Of a stretch of 52,543 bases of DNA, positions 24,920 to 37,916 are shown piece after piece. The stretch is from Hydrolagus affinis (Eukaryota): NCBI GenBank assembly GCA_012026655.1, contig JAAILG010002620.1, positions 1-52,543 on the forward strand, read 5' to 3'. Each line of letters starts with the position of its first letter. Position 1 is the stretch's first letter. Both the position numbers and the translations under genes were made by a program. The notes beneath the pieces were generated by a model. The model was given only the letters and a program-made list of their open reading frames with translations, was not told the origin of the DNA and did no database searches.

Positions 24920-25520
24920 ATGAGCTCTTACTTTGTAAACTCATTCTGCGGTCGCTATCCAAATGGCCCGGACTATCAGTTACATAATTATGGAGATCAT
25001 AGCCCGGTGAACGAGCAATACAGGGATTCTGCAACGATGCATTCCAGCAGGTACGGCTACGGCTACAATGGGATGGATCTCAGCATTAGTCGTTCAGCAT
25101 CTAACCATTTTAATGCCAATGAAAGATCTCGAAGCTACTCTGCAGCAGCAGCAGCAGCAACGACAGCAGCAGCAACAGCAGCAGCAGGGACAGGAGCAGC
25201 AGATACCAGGTACAGCCAACCTGCCACATCCACTCAGTCTCCTTCACCTGACCCTCTGCCCTGCTCCGCAGTGGTCACTCCGCCTGCCAGCGACAACAAC
25301 CACGGAATCAAAAACTCCATCACAAGCCCAACTACCTCCTCAAATTCCAGCAGCAGCAGCAGCAGCAGTCACATCAGCAGAGATGGGGTTGGCACGTCGC
25401 CTGGTACTGAGGATGACACCCCGGCAAGCAGCGACCCGCCAAGTTCACAGAACGGGCAAAACACAGCACAACAGCAGCCCCAGATTTACCCCTGGATGCG
25501 AAAACTGCACATAAGTCATG
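24920..25520 (+). CDS. HoxA5: Homeobox protein Hox-A5, coding exon 1
   Basis: [28 protein letters not shown]...[12 protein letters not shown]...PDPLPCSAV...[15 protein letters not shown]; donor G|GTAAAA 25520/25521. Confidence 0.97.
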
Positions 25521-25946
25521 GTAAAATCCCTCCTCTCTTTTATCTTTACATTAGTGGGATCCTAAATTATCACGGATGTTATAAATCAGGCGCTAAATGT
25601 GTAACCCCTAATGCTCCTTAATATCTCTGCAAGGGTCATGTTTTTAAGTTGCTATTGTATTTGAAGTCGTTGGGTGATGGAATATTAATTAATACGTTGG
25701 CTAGTTGAGCATCTGTAGTGTGAGGTTAAATAGGAACCGATTTTTTTTTTTAAAAACGTGTAATTGATTGAAAAAAAACACCTTTGACCAAGTGAACACT
25801 CAACATTTAGTTCCAGTTAAGTTTCTAAGACAGTTATTTTTAGATACAAGGGAGAGCGCAAAGCCAGCCGAGACATGTGAGTGATAGATTTCGGTCTGGT
25901 GCTTTCAGTTGGGCTTTATGAATTTTTACACCACATAATTTACTGA

Positions 25947-26243
<297 letters not shown>

Positions 26244-27674
26244 TCAATAGAAGTACTGGGCAGTAGCTGATCAATTAGCATAATGTCAATACAGTACTGA
26301 CTTCCAAAACTCTTTTCCCCTGTTACTTCTATGAAGAAAATCATTTCAGTGTTGCCGTACTCCAATCCTTGAATTGTTAGCCTGTTCTCTGGTCGTACTG
26401 TTGCCTGTACAAGTAATTTGCTTACAGTTGTTGTCTAGGAGTAGCATAACCTTGTGGATTATAGCTGTTTTAACTTATTTATATTAATACAAGCGGTGTT
26501 ACTTGAAGTAACTGTATAAATCGTCCAGTAAAGAAAAATGTAATTATGTGTTGCAGTCTTTCAAAGTGTATGTATGTGTTAGTTGCTACATGTCAAAATA
26601 GCTCCAAGCTTGCAATAAGTAATTTAATTTCAGACTATCGTCCTTTGTAATTGATATCGTAGTGTTATATCACTGAGATGCTACCTATTCTGTGTTATTA
26701 GTGAACAGTGAATTTTGTGAAGGATATTGCGATTTTGAACTGTATGTCTATGCTGTGCCTTGTATGACTTTGCACGAATTCCAATAAGTGGCTCTTAGCG
26801 CAGCGTCAGTGTATGTTTTTTTGTGACAAAGGATAAATATAAAGCCTAAAGTCTGGCAGCTTAAGAAATTCGTGATGAGCTTTTGTATTTGTTTTTAAGA
26901 CTGACTGGAAGTTAAAATAAAGTTTCTATAGTAACTTTCCTGGACTTTTGTGTCCCAGATAAGCATTCCTGTTGTGTGTTGTCCTGTGAATTAAATATTT
27001 TAAATGCTTCTGTTCGTCAACGTTTTAATATAAAATTCCGCTAAAACTAACAAACTGTGTCTATTCTGTACAATTTTGCACCATTCATTCAGATGGACAT
27101 GCTCCAGCTAATGTGAGTATCAGTGCTCACATGAAGCAAACAAGTTGCGCAAACTTAGGTCGAATGATTCAAATATGCATCTTTTGAACTCTGGTTATTT
27201 AATGTGGCGGAAAGCTGAACAATATCGACAACATTTAAACCCCCTTTTTTCTGTATTGGATGTTAGTACTTTACGTAATTCGAATTAATACGCTTGCCTC
27301 AGACTGTAACACACCTCAAACAGCATTTGCTAATCAGGTTCATTTTATGCTAAACACCAATTTCCCTTTCTTCCGTGTATTCATACAAGACCTTGTGTGA
27401 ACACCAAGATACTTTGAAAGTCTTTTGCGTTGATCCGGATAAAAAAGTGGGCATTGAAGTACTCCAAACACTTTTTGTTCTGCAGGTAGGCGTTAGTCAC
27501 GTTCCCCCTCAACTCCTCTACCAAAGTGTAGAGTAAATGTTTTCCAACAGGTATCTTTCGTTTTAGAGTTTACTTACCGCATGTAGGCAGAGCAGGAAAA
27601 AAAAGCAGGTCTTAGCTCCTGACATCAAGTAGGGATCAGCACTTTTACTCTTTCTGCTTACTTGGTGTCTGTCC

Positions 27675-27865
27675 TTTAAAGTTATAAACAGTAAACTTTT
27701 ATACACCTCAGTTCCGGCTATATGACATTTGGGTGCCAAATGAATAGGGTTTTGTCTATGAATTAGATCGTAAAATCATCCATAGCACAGACTGATAGCC
27801 TCACTGGCTATAAAAAATCACGTGGTGTCATTAAAGTAAGTTTTATGGTTTTGGGGAGTTGACAA
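27675..27865. promoter_or_regulatory. Conserved element 3' of HoxA5 (Cdx-site enhancer / promoter)
   Basis: TTATAAA...TTTTATA, CATTTGGGTGCCAAATG inverted repeat, TCGTAAAA, TATAAAAA, CACGTG 27819-27824, TTTTATGG; position agrees with the Cdx-dependent Hoxa5 3' mesodermal enhancer region. Confidence 0.65.
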
Positions 27866-30800
27866 CCAACAGTATATTCTACATAACATATAATCTCGTT
27901 GACGCTGGACTGCATTTGGCTCCTTTGCAGATTGCATGTGCACACAGGCCACTCAAATGGCTAATCTTCATGACCAGAGGACTATCCACACCAACTCCAG
28001 TGTACCAGAAAGTTATGTATTCTTGCCTCTGGAGGTAAGTTTTGTTGAAATATTATTGTTATTTACCATTGATGGGGGAAACTCGGCCCAGTAAATGGCT
28101 CCTCAGCACCACCCAGAGTGCATTGAGGCAGAAATGGGCCAGGGTGAATCAGTTGTGGCTTTCTTTGGGGGTTCACATGATCTCACTTGTTAAACAAGCC
28201 GAAAACAGAGAGAATGATTCTCATACGTGGAATAACTTAGAAAAGTTGAAACGATGGAGTTTCATTTGAAGTGAGGTGTATCTCAGAAGTTATTTTACCC
28301 TCTGGAGGATTTTCATTGAATTGACTGTTAATGACATCATTTTCATAAGGTTTGGCAGAAAATTTCTATTTGTTTCTCTCAAAGTATTAGTTTCTCAAAA
28401 GTTGTTTCAGTTTTATTTGTGCATTCATGTCTCGTAGAGGGGGTAATGCCTCTGTGCTAGCAGGAATTTATTCGTTTGAACAGTGTGTAGTTGTTACTGT
28501 TTCAAGTACAATAGAACATTAAGTTTTTATTGTCATGCTTAGAGAAGCTGCAGGGCATAAGTACTTTTTATGACTGTTGTAAGAGTGTTGAAAGCTTCCT
28601 CGTGTTGTTCTCAAAACTGCAGCTTGCTTTTTGATGACTCAAGTACACAGTATCCTTATTATATATGCCATCATTACCATTTCCTTTTAAGAAATCTCAT
28701 TATTTTATATGTAACTCTGGTGTCAACAGTTCTAACCATGTTCCATATGTTTTTTTTGGTGAAAGACAATTAAGTAAATGCAACAAAACTTAATTCAAAC
28801 AACTTCGAATGACAGCAATGTCTGCAATAGAGGTGCTGTACGGCTCTTTTTCCTGAAAACAACATGCATTTAAAACACAGCCAGCGGAAGAGTTACTTCA
28901 GCTTTAAATCTGAGTGTAGTAACACCAACATTGTTTTAGCTCAATTGCTGGGTTCCCACAGTTCTGACTGACCAACCATAAACTTTATGACCGGCGTTTC
29001 TTTTCTTTGAAGCTTCCGCTAGCCTAATATCCAGATCTACAAGAAGAGTGTTTGAAGTTACATTGTCTCTAACGAGTCCTTCAATGCGGAAGGTGGACAT
29101 TAGCCCCCAATTGGTGTGAGATTTTACATTGGCAAACCCAATCGTTAATATAGGAAATGGAGAGAGCAGGCGGCCACGTCGTTAAAGGGGGACAGCACGG
29201 TTGAAAGCAATTAGCCCATCCAGAATTTCTACTCAAAACATTCCACTGTAATTAGGTCAGTTTTACGATGTGCTATAAAGATCCAACCACAAATAAAGGA
29301 AATAGGGCCTGTATTGCTGCAGTGGTTCCGGATCGCCCAAGTCAATCGTGTCAATCAGTTGTAATTTCCTTTGTATTAGTTTACATTTAGATATGACGGT
29401 TTTAATATATCACTTGTCCACTTCACTTAAATAACTTTTACAACAAGACGAAACAGACTTTAGTTTCACTCAGATTAAGTGAATGCTATTCAACGCAACG
29501 TTATGTATCATTCACAAGATTTAAGTTGACTTTTAGCGGCAATTGCTTTCCCTAAACATCAATGATATTGTGATACGTTATTCAGTTTCAAATTGCATAA
29601 AGTTTGGGCTTAAAGTACCACTATTGGGCATGTTTATATTTCGTGGAGGTCTCCAACCTTTTCAATTTGAAGCTACGAGACTCTAAGGAGAAGTATCTTG
29701 GCAAAATTAAAGATTAAAATATGTAAATATTTACCTCATCCTCATTCGTATATATTATACACATAGATATTCTGCGGTGAATAACAATGGGCTAAAAGGC
29801 ATGAAAATGCTGCAAATACTGAATCCCTCTTTCTGTATTTTTCTTGATGAGGCCAAATGCATATTGCCTCAAATAAGGGGTCATCAGTTGTCATAGCTGC
29901 ACTTGCTGAACAAACTGCAGGGACAATGCGAGGGTTTTAATAAAATAATCAACGCGCATTATTTACTTATATGATTCACAGTGTCTTCTGAAAATAAATG
30001 TGTAGACATGATTCACGACACATTTTACTATGGCTGGTGCTATTAGTGGTACTTTTTAGACGGACTGACGTAATTATATACGAGGAAGTAAAGTACATTT
30101 TGAAAATTTCATCCGAAAGTTGTGTAGGAAAAGATAGAAATATACTTTAGCCGCTATCTCTTCCATGGCCCCAAAATGCATTTTCATTGGAATGTTTCAT
30201 TTCACACCCCAATATCTACAGTATAAGCCAAAGAGCTAGTTCAAAAATATAGTCACATTTATAAATTTACCTTCCACCTAAGCTAACACATCTGTAAAGT
30301 TTTGGGTAAACCATTTGATGTAGGCTATGAAATGTATCAAAAATTGTCCCTTTACACACCACCTCATAAATCAATGAGTAGATACACAGCAATACAGTAC
30401 TATTTACCGTTTTGCTGTGTTCCTGTGTGGAATAGGTTGGGGATTACAGTTGATTAAAAGAATAACATAATTTTGAAAAACATGATTAGTAAATTTAAGG
30501 GGTTTGGTACAGGATTGGTGGGTGTAAAATGTGGAATGTGATTTGTTTATGTTTCGCCAGAGTAAAGGGCAACGAGAGGACAACACGATTTTCAATAACA
30601 ACAAACTATACTAGTTTATCTTTTGGACACAGCAGACATCTTTTGCGACGTTTCTAACTGTGTCTTTCCCCTAAGTCCAAGGCAAAACGTCCAAACTCAT
30701 TGTTTTGTGTAACTCAGTCTATGTAAACTTATGCAGCATAGTATGTGAAAATGTAATCACTCTTCTCGATGTCTTTTCAGCAATCTCGAGAGTTCTGCAA

Positions 30801-32081
30801 CATTGTGATTTCCTGTTTATGGACAAAGTAACAGCTAATTGATTTGACGTTCATTAGAGAGAGTAAAATAAATGAAAGAGGAAGCACCCAATGCGGATTC
30901 CTTTGTAAACGTACACAAAACAAAACAAAACGGAAATTACTTTTAACGGAAGAGGAAAATTCATAGAAATTCACATTCAATAATATTTTGGAGCACATAA
31001 ATAGAATTAAAGTATTGTGTGACATAATAATCAAGCCTTTGCATGGTTTTAAAATTACATTGACTTTATCTCAATATCTGTAGCCTGCCTGGTGTGAAGT
31101 TTCATTTGAAATGCTTTGCATTCCAAAGATAGTCATGAAATATTTTATTGAGTATTATAATCGAAAATTAATTTAGGAAAAGTTTACAGGGGATAGGAAG
31201 TTCTATAATCACCACATGTTATTTTTTTTCATTTGATTTCAACTGTTCTATTCGCCAGTTACAAGTTTGATATTAATTGTTATTCAAAGGGCAGATTAAA
31301 TGGATAGAAAGGAAATCAAACGGATGTCTGAATAGGCCGATAGGAATTCCTCACCAATACGTTTGTGGTACAAATTGACCTCTTCTTGAAATAAGGGGTT
31401 GTTATTCTTCAAGAAAGGGGTGGAATAAACGTTGTGAACACAATATATCCTGGATCACATGTAAAATATCGCTGTGCCATTGCATCATTCTATCGTTGAA
31501 TTGGGTAGAGAAAAAAAAATAAAACCCACTACAAAAACCTATTGGCTTGTATTTTATTTTGCCAACACAATCGGTACATTAAATAAGGAAGTAAAAGTTG
31601 TGCAGTCGTAATCATATAACTTTTCTGAATAACGTATTATCACGTAAAATAGCGATATGATTTACGTTCACAATTTTGTATGCCAACACTGGAGCTTTTG
31701 ACGAAGGAAACTAATGCAATGAAGGTATCGTTTCGCGAAAAGGTCATATCTAATCAATGGAAAAAAATGATTTAAACCTAATTTATTATTTTCTGGGTTC
31801 TCAACTTGATAGTTTGTTATCGTTTGATTCAAAATCCTGAATGTACTGCCTGTGCTGCCATTACTGTTGTTAGTGGGATATCATAAATAATCTTGAGTGT
31901 GTAAGAAACGATTTCAAAGGTAGATCCCCAGATTCCCATTTTGCCTTATACCTGATAACTAGCAATGTGGATCATTTCATGGTGCTAGGATTTCTCGTTG
32001 CTTAAACCTGTTAAAGCATGTACTCGAGAGACAGAGAGAGAAAGGATTATCGGAAGATGTATCTGCACACCCTACAAGTCA

Positions 32082-32095
32082 CCAGCAGAGCTCGC
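32082..32095 (+). promoter_or_regulatory. Candidate CTCF site between HoxA5 and HoxA4
   Basis: CCAGCAGAGCTCGC, 12/14 to CCASYAGRKGGCRS. Confidence 0.35.
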
Positions 32096-32692
32096 TTTAG
32101 ACCAAGTTCACAGTCACATTGCATTAGTATGAACGTGGGAGCTCACACGTCTATTGTTCTATCAATACAGCGGAGAAGGAGAAAAGGACGTAAATATTAA
32201 AATAGTCTCATAACGTTAACGACTTTTTGTCAGGGTTATCTATAATTGCCTGTGGCAACTGCCGCAAAAAAACTTACCCATTTTGTATATCCAACTAAAT
32301 AGTAGAGCACTTGAATAAATAGCTTGCAGACAGCTGACGTTTCATGCCACGTTTGAGATTAATTTAAGGAAAAAGAAAAGGTTTCACTCATTTCAAAAAA
32401 AGTAACGATTCTCTCACTATTTCCAAACCTGAAATTAGTAGTACATCGTGAAAATAGTGAACGAAAGGGGAATATAATTTCAGTCCTCGGTGGCGCTTTG
32501 AGAGTGCTGTATCTCTGTATCCTGGTTGGCAGGGCGGTGCAACTGTAGGTCAAAAAGTTGAGGGTCAAAAGTTTACGTTTTGCACGACTTGTAATGATCT
32601 GCTCAGACAGAGTTTGATGTCAATGTTATAGCGCGATCTTGACTATCAGCACAAAAGATAAAATAGCTTTGAGTTACTCGTGTATCATACTA

Positions 32693-32709
32693 TGGACTCC
32701 AGGTGAACC
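32693..32709 (-). promoter_or_regulatory. Candidate DR5 retinoic acid response element
   Basis: Minus strand GGTTCA-cctgg-AGTCCA, one mismatch in the second half-site. Confidence 0.45.
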
Positions 32710-34992
32710 CTGGCGACTGAGCGACCTCAATTACTGACGAAAGGAAAGAAAAAATATTCTTTTCATGACCAAGACACGCTGTATTTCATCTTGAAAAATT
32801 GACCACGGTAATTTTAATGTCTGTTGTGTACGTGCAGCAGGTAAACCTTTAGCAACTGTACACAATTTAAGTGACTTGTAAACATATATTTGAATTGTTT
32901 TATTCAGTTTAGCTTTTTATCGTGTGCATTCTCGCTTGTTTTTAAACGGGTGAGATGGCGCAGCAGCGAAGCTGTTGAATTGCTCACACCATGGAAGCAA
33001 TCTCTGACTCCGGGCTAAGACCGGCATCAATTAGGTTAAAATTCACGTAGAGTTCCCCAGATAATAGACTTAGTTCAAAACTGTAGTGCATGTGATGTTT
33101 GTATTGTCTGAACATTTCAAAATCACGCTATTTTCAGTGATTCAATGAAAACCTAGTTTTAAGTACTTTTGATTATGAATGGCCTAACTTGTATTTCAAT
33201 CGATTTTAATGCGCTCGAGCATAGTGTGACACTCGATTGAGTGTTAAACTGTGAGGCCAAAAGTTCTTTCTTCAACAAAAATCCAGGAATGCGATTTATT
33301 TATAAGTGTTCAAAACTGACAACATTTGTTCATTTTTAAAACGTTGGGATCTGCCTTGATTTTTTTTACCACATATGTGTGATTCAATAATAATTGTAAG
33401 ACTCTTGTCAATGGAGTGAACATGATCAGAACAATTTAAAATGAAAATAAAGTGGTGCAATTAAATACCAGCTATTCCATTCAATCAATTAATATAAAAG
33501 GTCGAAGCAAGCAATGTGGTTTTGTGTGAAACTGCTTTCTAAACGTAATGCGGTAATTCCTGTTCACCATATGAATTTTAAAGAAACGTATTGACAATCT
33601 AACATAGGACTTAACTCCAATTAACCGATTGATTTAATTTTTATTTAAATTTAGTTGATTACAATCTGTTTGTTGGATAAAAAAAAAAGCAAAATTTATG
33701 TTACTCGTTTTTGCAAAATCGTGGAACTAGACAACTGAATTTATACCTTAATCCTCAGACTCGATTTTTTTTAATGAATAATGTTCCAAAATATTTCGTA
33801 AGCTTATGTTGAGTTGTTCTGCCTTACTCTGTAGCTTTTGAATCGAAGAATGTTTGTAGCTCAGAAAAACATATCAAACAAATCAAGCAAAGATCGCCTC
33901 ACATAAACAGAGTACAAAAAATGTAGAATTAAATAAACTGTATTGTTCTTAGGTTAGTTCAAAAAGATTCAACGACTTGGATTTTGCAGGTTAATACAAA
34001 GGCAAAATATATAATGTAACCAGCAGCAGTAATCATTTCTGAAGTCCCTTTTTATTTGGATTTGACGTGAAGGGATTTTGCAAAGACCAATTGAATTCTA
34101 AATGGAACTTCCAATTGAACTCCTATGGATCCATCTGTATGTTCGTGGTGTAGATAAATTATTGAATATAGATAGAAAGGATGCTCATTCTCACAGGATT
34201 TCCTTTTCACTGCGTTAAAGTAAGAGCAAAGAGAAAGCTTCAGCCACGTCTATCACATACAAACTCAACATTTCTCTCCTGTAATAAGAGGGGGTTAAAC
34301 ATGTCAGTATTCAACGAATAAATTCGTTTATCTGAGTTAACACTTGTTACTAGTTTTGTAACTTGTCCATGATTGTGTCATTATGGTTGTTAATCGGTTC
34401 ATCATAGTTCCCAGTTTAATGCTATTCTAGAAGCAAAGGTTTGTTGACACTCATTTAAAATTGGCAACTGCCCATTTCAAAGAAGAAACTTGCCCTAAAA
34501 AGTGATGATATTAACCTCAAACTTCTTTTATAACGCGATTTTGAATGACTTAACCCAGCCTGAAATGTTTGAACCCTGCAGCACACGTATAAAGACAGAA
34601 GCGAGAATTTGAAATGCAATGCAGATGTATTGCTAAAACAAAGCAGGCCTTTGTGTAAGTTTCTTGCAAGTTAAATTAATTTCAAATTCAGAAACCACAT
34701 TGTCCAACCACTGACATGGTTTTATTTAGTGTTTCCTCTACTTTGATTACTATCAATGATTTACCAAAGCAAAAATATCAAATTATTGCTTTTTTGAACT
34801 CCAAAATTGAGAACATTTTATTTAAAATATTTAAAGACGATTACCAAATAGGCTATTGAAATACTCAAGACTGCATTGAACCCATGCGATTTGCCTTGTT
34901 TCCCCCCTCCTCAAAGGTAATGACCTGGGCAAAACACCCTGGTATCTGAAAGAGCACTATAGACCTTTTAGAAATGGCTAAGTCCAAGGCCG

Positions 34993-35009
34993 AGGTGAAA
35001 TTCAGGTCA
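34993..35009 (+). promoter_or_regulatory. HoxA4 5' DR5 retinoic acid response element
   Basis: AGGTGA-aattc-AGGTCA, 2.9 kb upstream of the HoxA4 ATG; same half-sites and similar distance as the known Hoxa4/Hoxd4 5' RARE; TGTCA (Meis-type) motifs follow. Confidence 0.85.
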
Positions 35010-36357
35010 CCGCGTCTAACAAATATGAAAATGTCGCCTCACGAATGGCACGCCTTGTTACTTAACAAAGACTGTCAATGTATAAGATTAATAAGAAACA
35101 AAATGCACACGGTGTCACTTTTCGGTCACTTCCAAACTTAGCTTAGCGTATCCTTTGCGAAATCTAATTCATTGAATAAAAATGTTTTGTTTCGTTTCTC
35201 GTGTTGGAGCTCAATAAACGCGCAGTTGTGCAGCGCTGTGGGATGTGGAAGTCTGCTCGAAGATGTATCTTCGAAATATACCGTTTTACTTGTTTTATTT
35301 GGATGCTGAGGCGGACATTGGCTATTTTAACCATATGTCCCAGATAGAACTGGAGAACAATTACATTACCACCATGGCGCAACCTATGTGATAAACCCAG
35401 GGCAGTGCTGGCGGATTCAGACGCTAAATGAGGAATTTATGACACAATCAACCAAACTACTGTTTCCTGTTTGGAGGGGAAATTAAACTGGTAAAGTCTA
35501 ATCTCTGATTTATCAAACCACGAAACGATCTTCACTTAAGCAGTAAACGGATTCCTCGACACTTTCTAAATGTAAATTTGATATGAACGCTTTTAAAATA
35601 TACACCTTTCAAAATATTGTGTAAAAAAATGCTAACTTTGGCTTTATCTCGAAAATGGCTGTAAATCTAACCTTGCAGTAAAAATGTCAAATGTGCAGGC
35701 AGGCGAGATAACACTTGGGGGTCTTGGCTTCATCTCTGTTTATGAAGAGGAAACAAAATCTGCAAAGGCGACTGACCCGCGTTTACTTGTCCTAAGTAAT
35801 TTCTTGCGTGTATATGAGATGCAAACTTATTCCTCATTTTTCCTCCTAGAGCATCAAACACATATTTCTCAAGTTAATCAACGGGCGATATTATTTACCA
35901 GAAGATTACGTTATCAGATCAAAGTAATTTGCGCCACCCATGTTTAGAGAAACTCACGTCTTTTATTGGGTAGAAGTTAATTTTACTGTATTTTTGGAAA
36001 ACGAATAGAATGTTCTATTTACATTATAATACTTATTTTGGGGACATTTAAAAACATGAATTATTTAAAGAGGAAGAATTAAATGTAAACATCTGTACAA
36101 GCTGCTCTACGTAAACAACACAAAATATTAGGCCATCATCCATGGAGATAATCTAAACACATTCCATTTGTATATAAACTAGTGGAAATACATATTTGTT
36201 TCTTGGATTGAAAGTCGATTAATTTCACTAGTACGATATTTTATTGAAAGCGTTTCACTGGACGATTCCGTTGGGTGGCAAACAGGACAGTGGGATAAAT
36301 GCACCTTACAACTCGTGTTTCACAAAATAGTTCAAAGGGCTCGTTCAATTCAAACAT

Positions 36358-36412
36358 CACATTCAATAACCGAATTTGTAAGAAATCTTACAAATATTAA
36401 AATAGGGGCTGG
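36358..36412 (+). pseudogene. Degenerate mir-10 hairpin remnant (seed destroyed)
   Basis: 36358-36380 matches miR-10b-5p at 16/23 ungapped, including AACCGAATTTGT; 36391-36412 matches miR-10a-3p at 12/22 ungapped (CAAAT...TAGGGG at exact spacing); canonical mir-10 position and strand upstream of Hox4. Confidence 0.6.
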
Positions 36413-37749
36413 TAATGAATGTAAGATTGACAGGAACTGGCAGGGTGAACCCGCTATGTTTCAGAAAACAAGGCCCATTAAACATAATTACATTCCCAAA
36501 ATATAGTGGCGTAAAATTATCATTTTCGTAAAATATAACTAATTATTTATTGTTTGAGGTATTTTTAATATAAAATATTAAGTAATCATAACAATATTTA
36601 CTAAATTTGACAAAATATTGAAAATTCCACTTTTTGAGTGTGTGTTTCTATTCCGAGGAAAGAGAATCTTTAAAAGTAAATGAATACTAATAATTGTTAG
36701 TGGTTTATACATATATATCAAGCGACTTATATCTTGCAGTGAAGCAACGAATTATCATAGGTGCGGACCCCATAAAAATGAGAAAGCACTAGAAGCACCT
36801 GAAATATAAATTATTGATTGTGTGTTTTCCATATACACTCGCTCGGCAGGGGGAGGGGGACATGAAATACACCGATTTTGTTCAAAAATTCGAAATAACA
36901 ATTGAATGTCGGTTAAGTGTCTTGGGGAGGACTCCTGTTGAAATTAATCGTTTTGTTGAAGATTTGTTTTGTATTTTATTTATTTGCTTCAAACAAGAAT
37001 TACATTTGCTAGGCAATTATATTAATAGAAGGTTCGTTTGCATCATGTTATATTGTGTCCAATTAGATCAAATACAAGAATTAATCTCGTGAAATTGCAT
37101 TTCCATTACACAATGAAGGTATGCATCGAACGATTTAAGAATATGTTGTGCGTATTTGAGTACATTTAGAAGGGATCTGAAATGAATGTATAACTAAAAT
37201 AAAATATCTTGGCTATGGTCAGAATCCTCCACCATGTTCCTAAGTCAGAAATGTTTCAAACAAATCTACAGTGATATATGCCATGATACCCAGGACCCGA
37301 ATATTTTTTGGAATTTGTAAAATATAGTCATAATTTTAATGAAATTCGTACTATAATATCTGAAGCCCTTCGGAAACATTTTGACAGTACGTTTTACAAC
37401 AGAACCGAGAGCGAGAATGTTTGATTCTCGTATACTGCATTTATTTTTCCTGCAGAAAACACTGAGAAAATTACATGGAAAACTATTTTCAGATAGAAGA
37501 ACAATCCATTCAGACAACAAGCAATCTTTAATTGACGTTATTTATTATGTTTTTCCCCCACCGGCATACATTTGAAAACATTTATATTTTACAATATAGC
37601 GTTTTTCTTATTTCGAATCTTACATTGTGTTAAGTCACTAGTTTTCTTGCATAGCTGGAGGTTTTCCTTCCTATGCAAAAAAAATGTAATTTCAGGGTAA
37701 AATTAGATTTTGAATGATAATATAGATTTTTGGACTAGACTCCCTGCAT

Positions 37750-37916
37750 TCATCATTGGTGTATTTCCTTATCCGGGGCCCACAGGCAGTCACCCCATTG
37801 GCTGACTGCATCACATGAACAACTAACTTTGTACACTTGACAGCAAGTAGGAGGGTTCTTATGGAACAGAAAAACGACAACGCGAGAAAAATTAGTATTT
37901 TGCACTTCAGAAATTA
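37750..37916 (+). promoter_or_regulatory. HoxA4 promoter / 5' leader
   Basis: ATTGG 37755 and 37797, CACATG 37812-37817, TTGACAG, and the Hox4-typical leader ending CAGAAATTAATG. Confidence 0.7.

Noticed and set aside
27551-27560. U12-type donor-like GTATCTTT
   Set aside because: Mismatch to GTATCCTT and no matching branch site identified
32948-33025. tRNA-derived SINE-like head (TGGCGCAG...CTCACA...CCGGG)
   Set aside because: B box not recognisable, no SINE body, tail or target-site duplication; could equally be a CTCF/YY1-like motif
37285-37320. Second mir-10-like word (TACCCAGGACCCGAAT)
   Set aside because: Needs gaps, has no 3p-arm match and no hairpin, unlike the 36358 candidate
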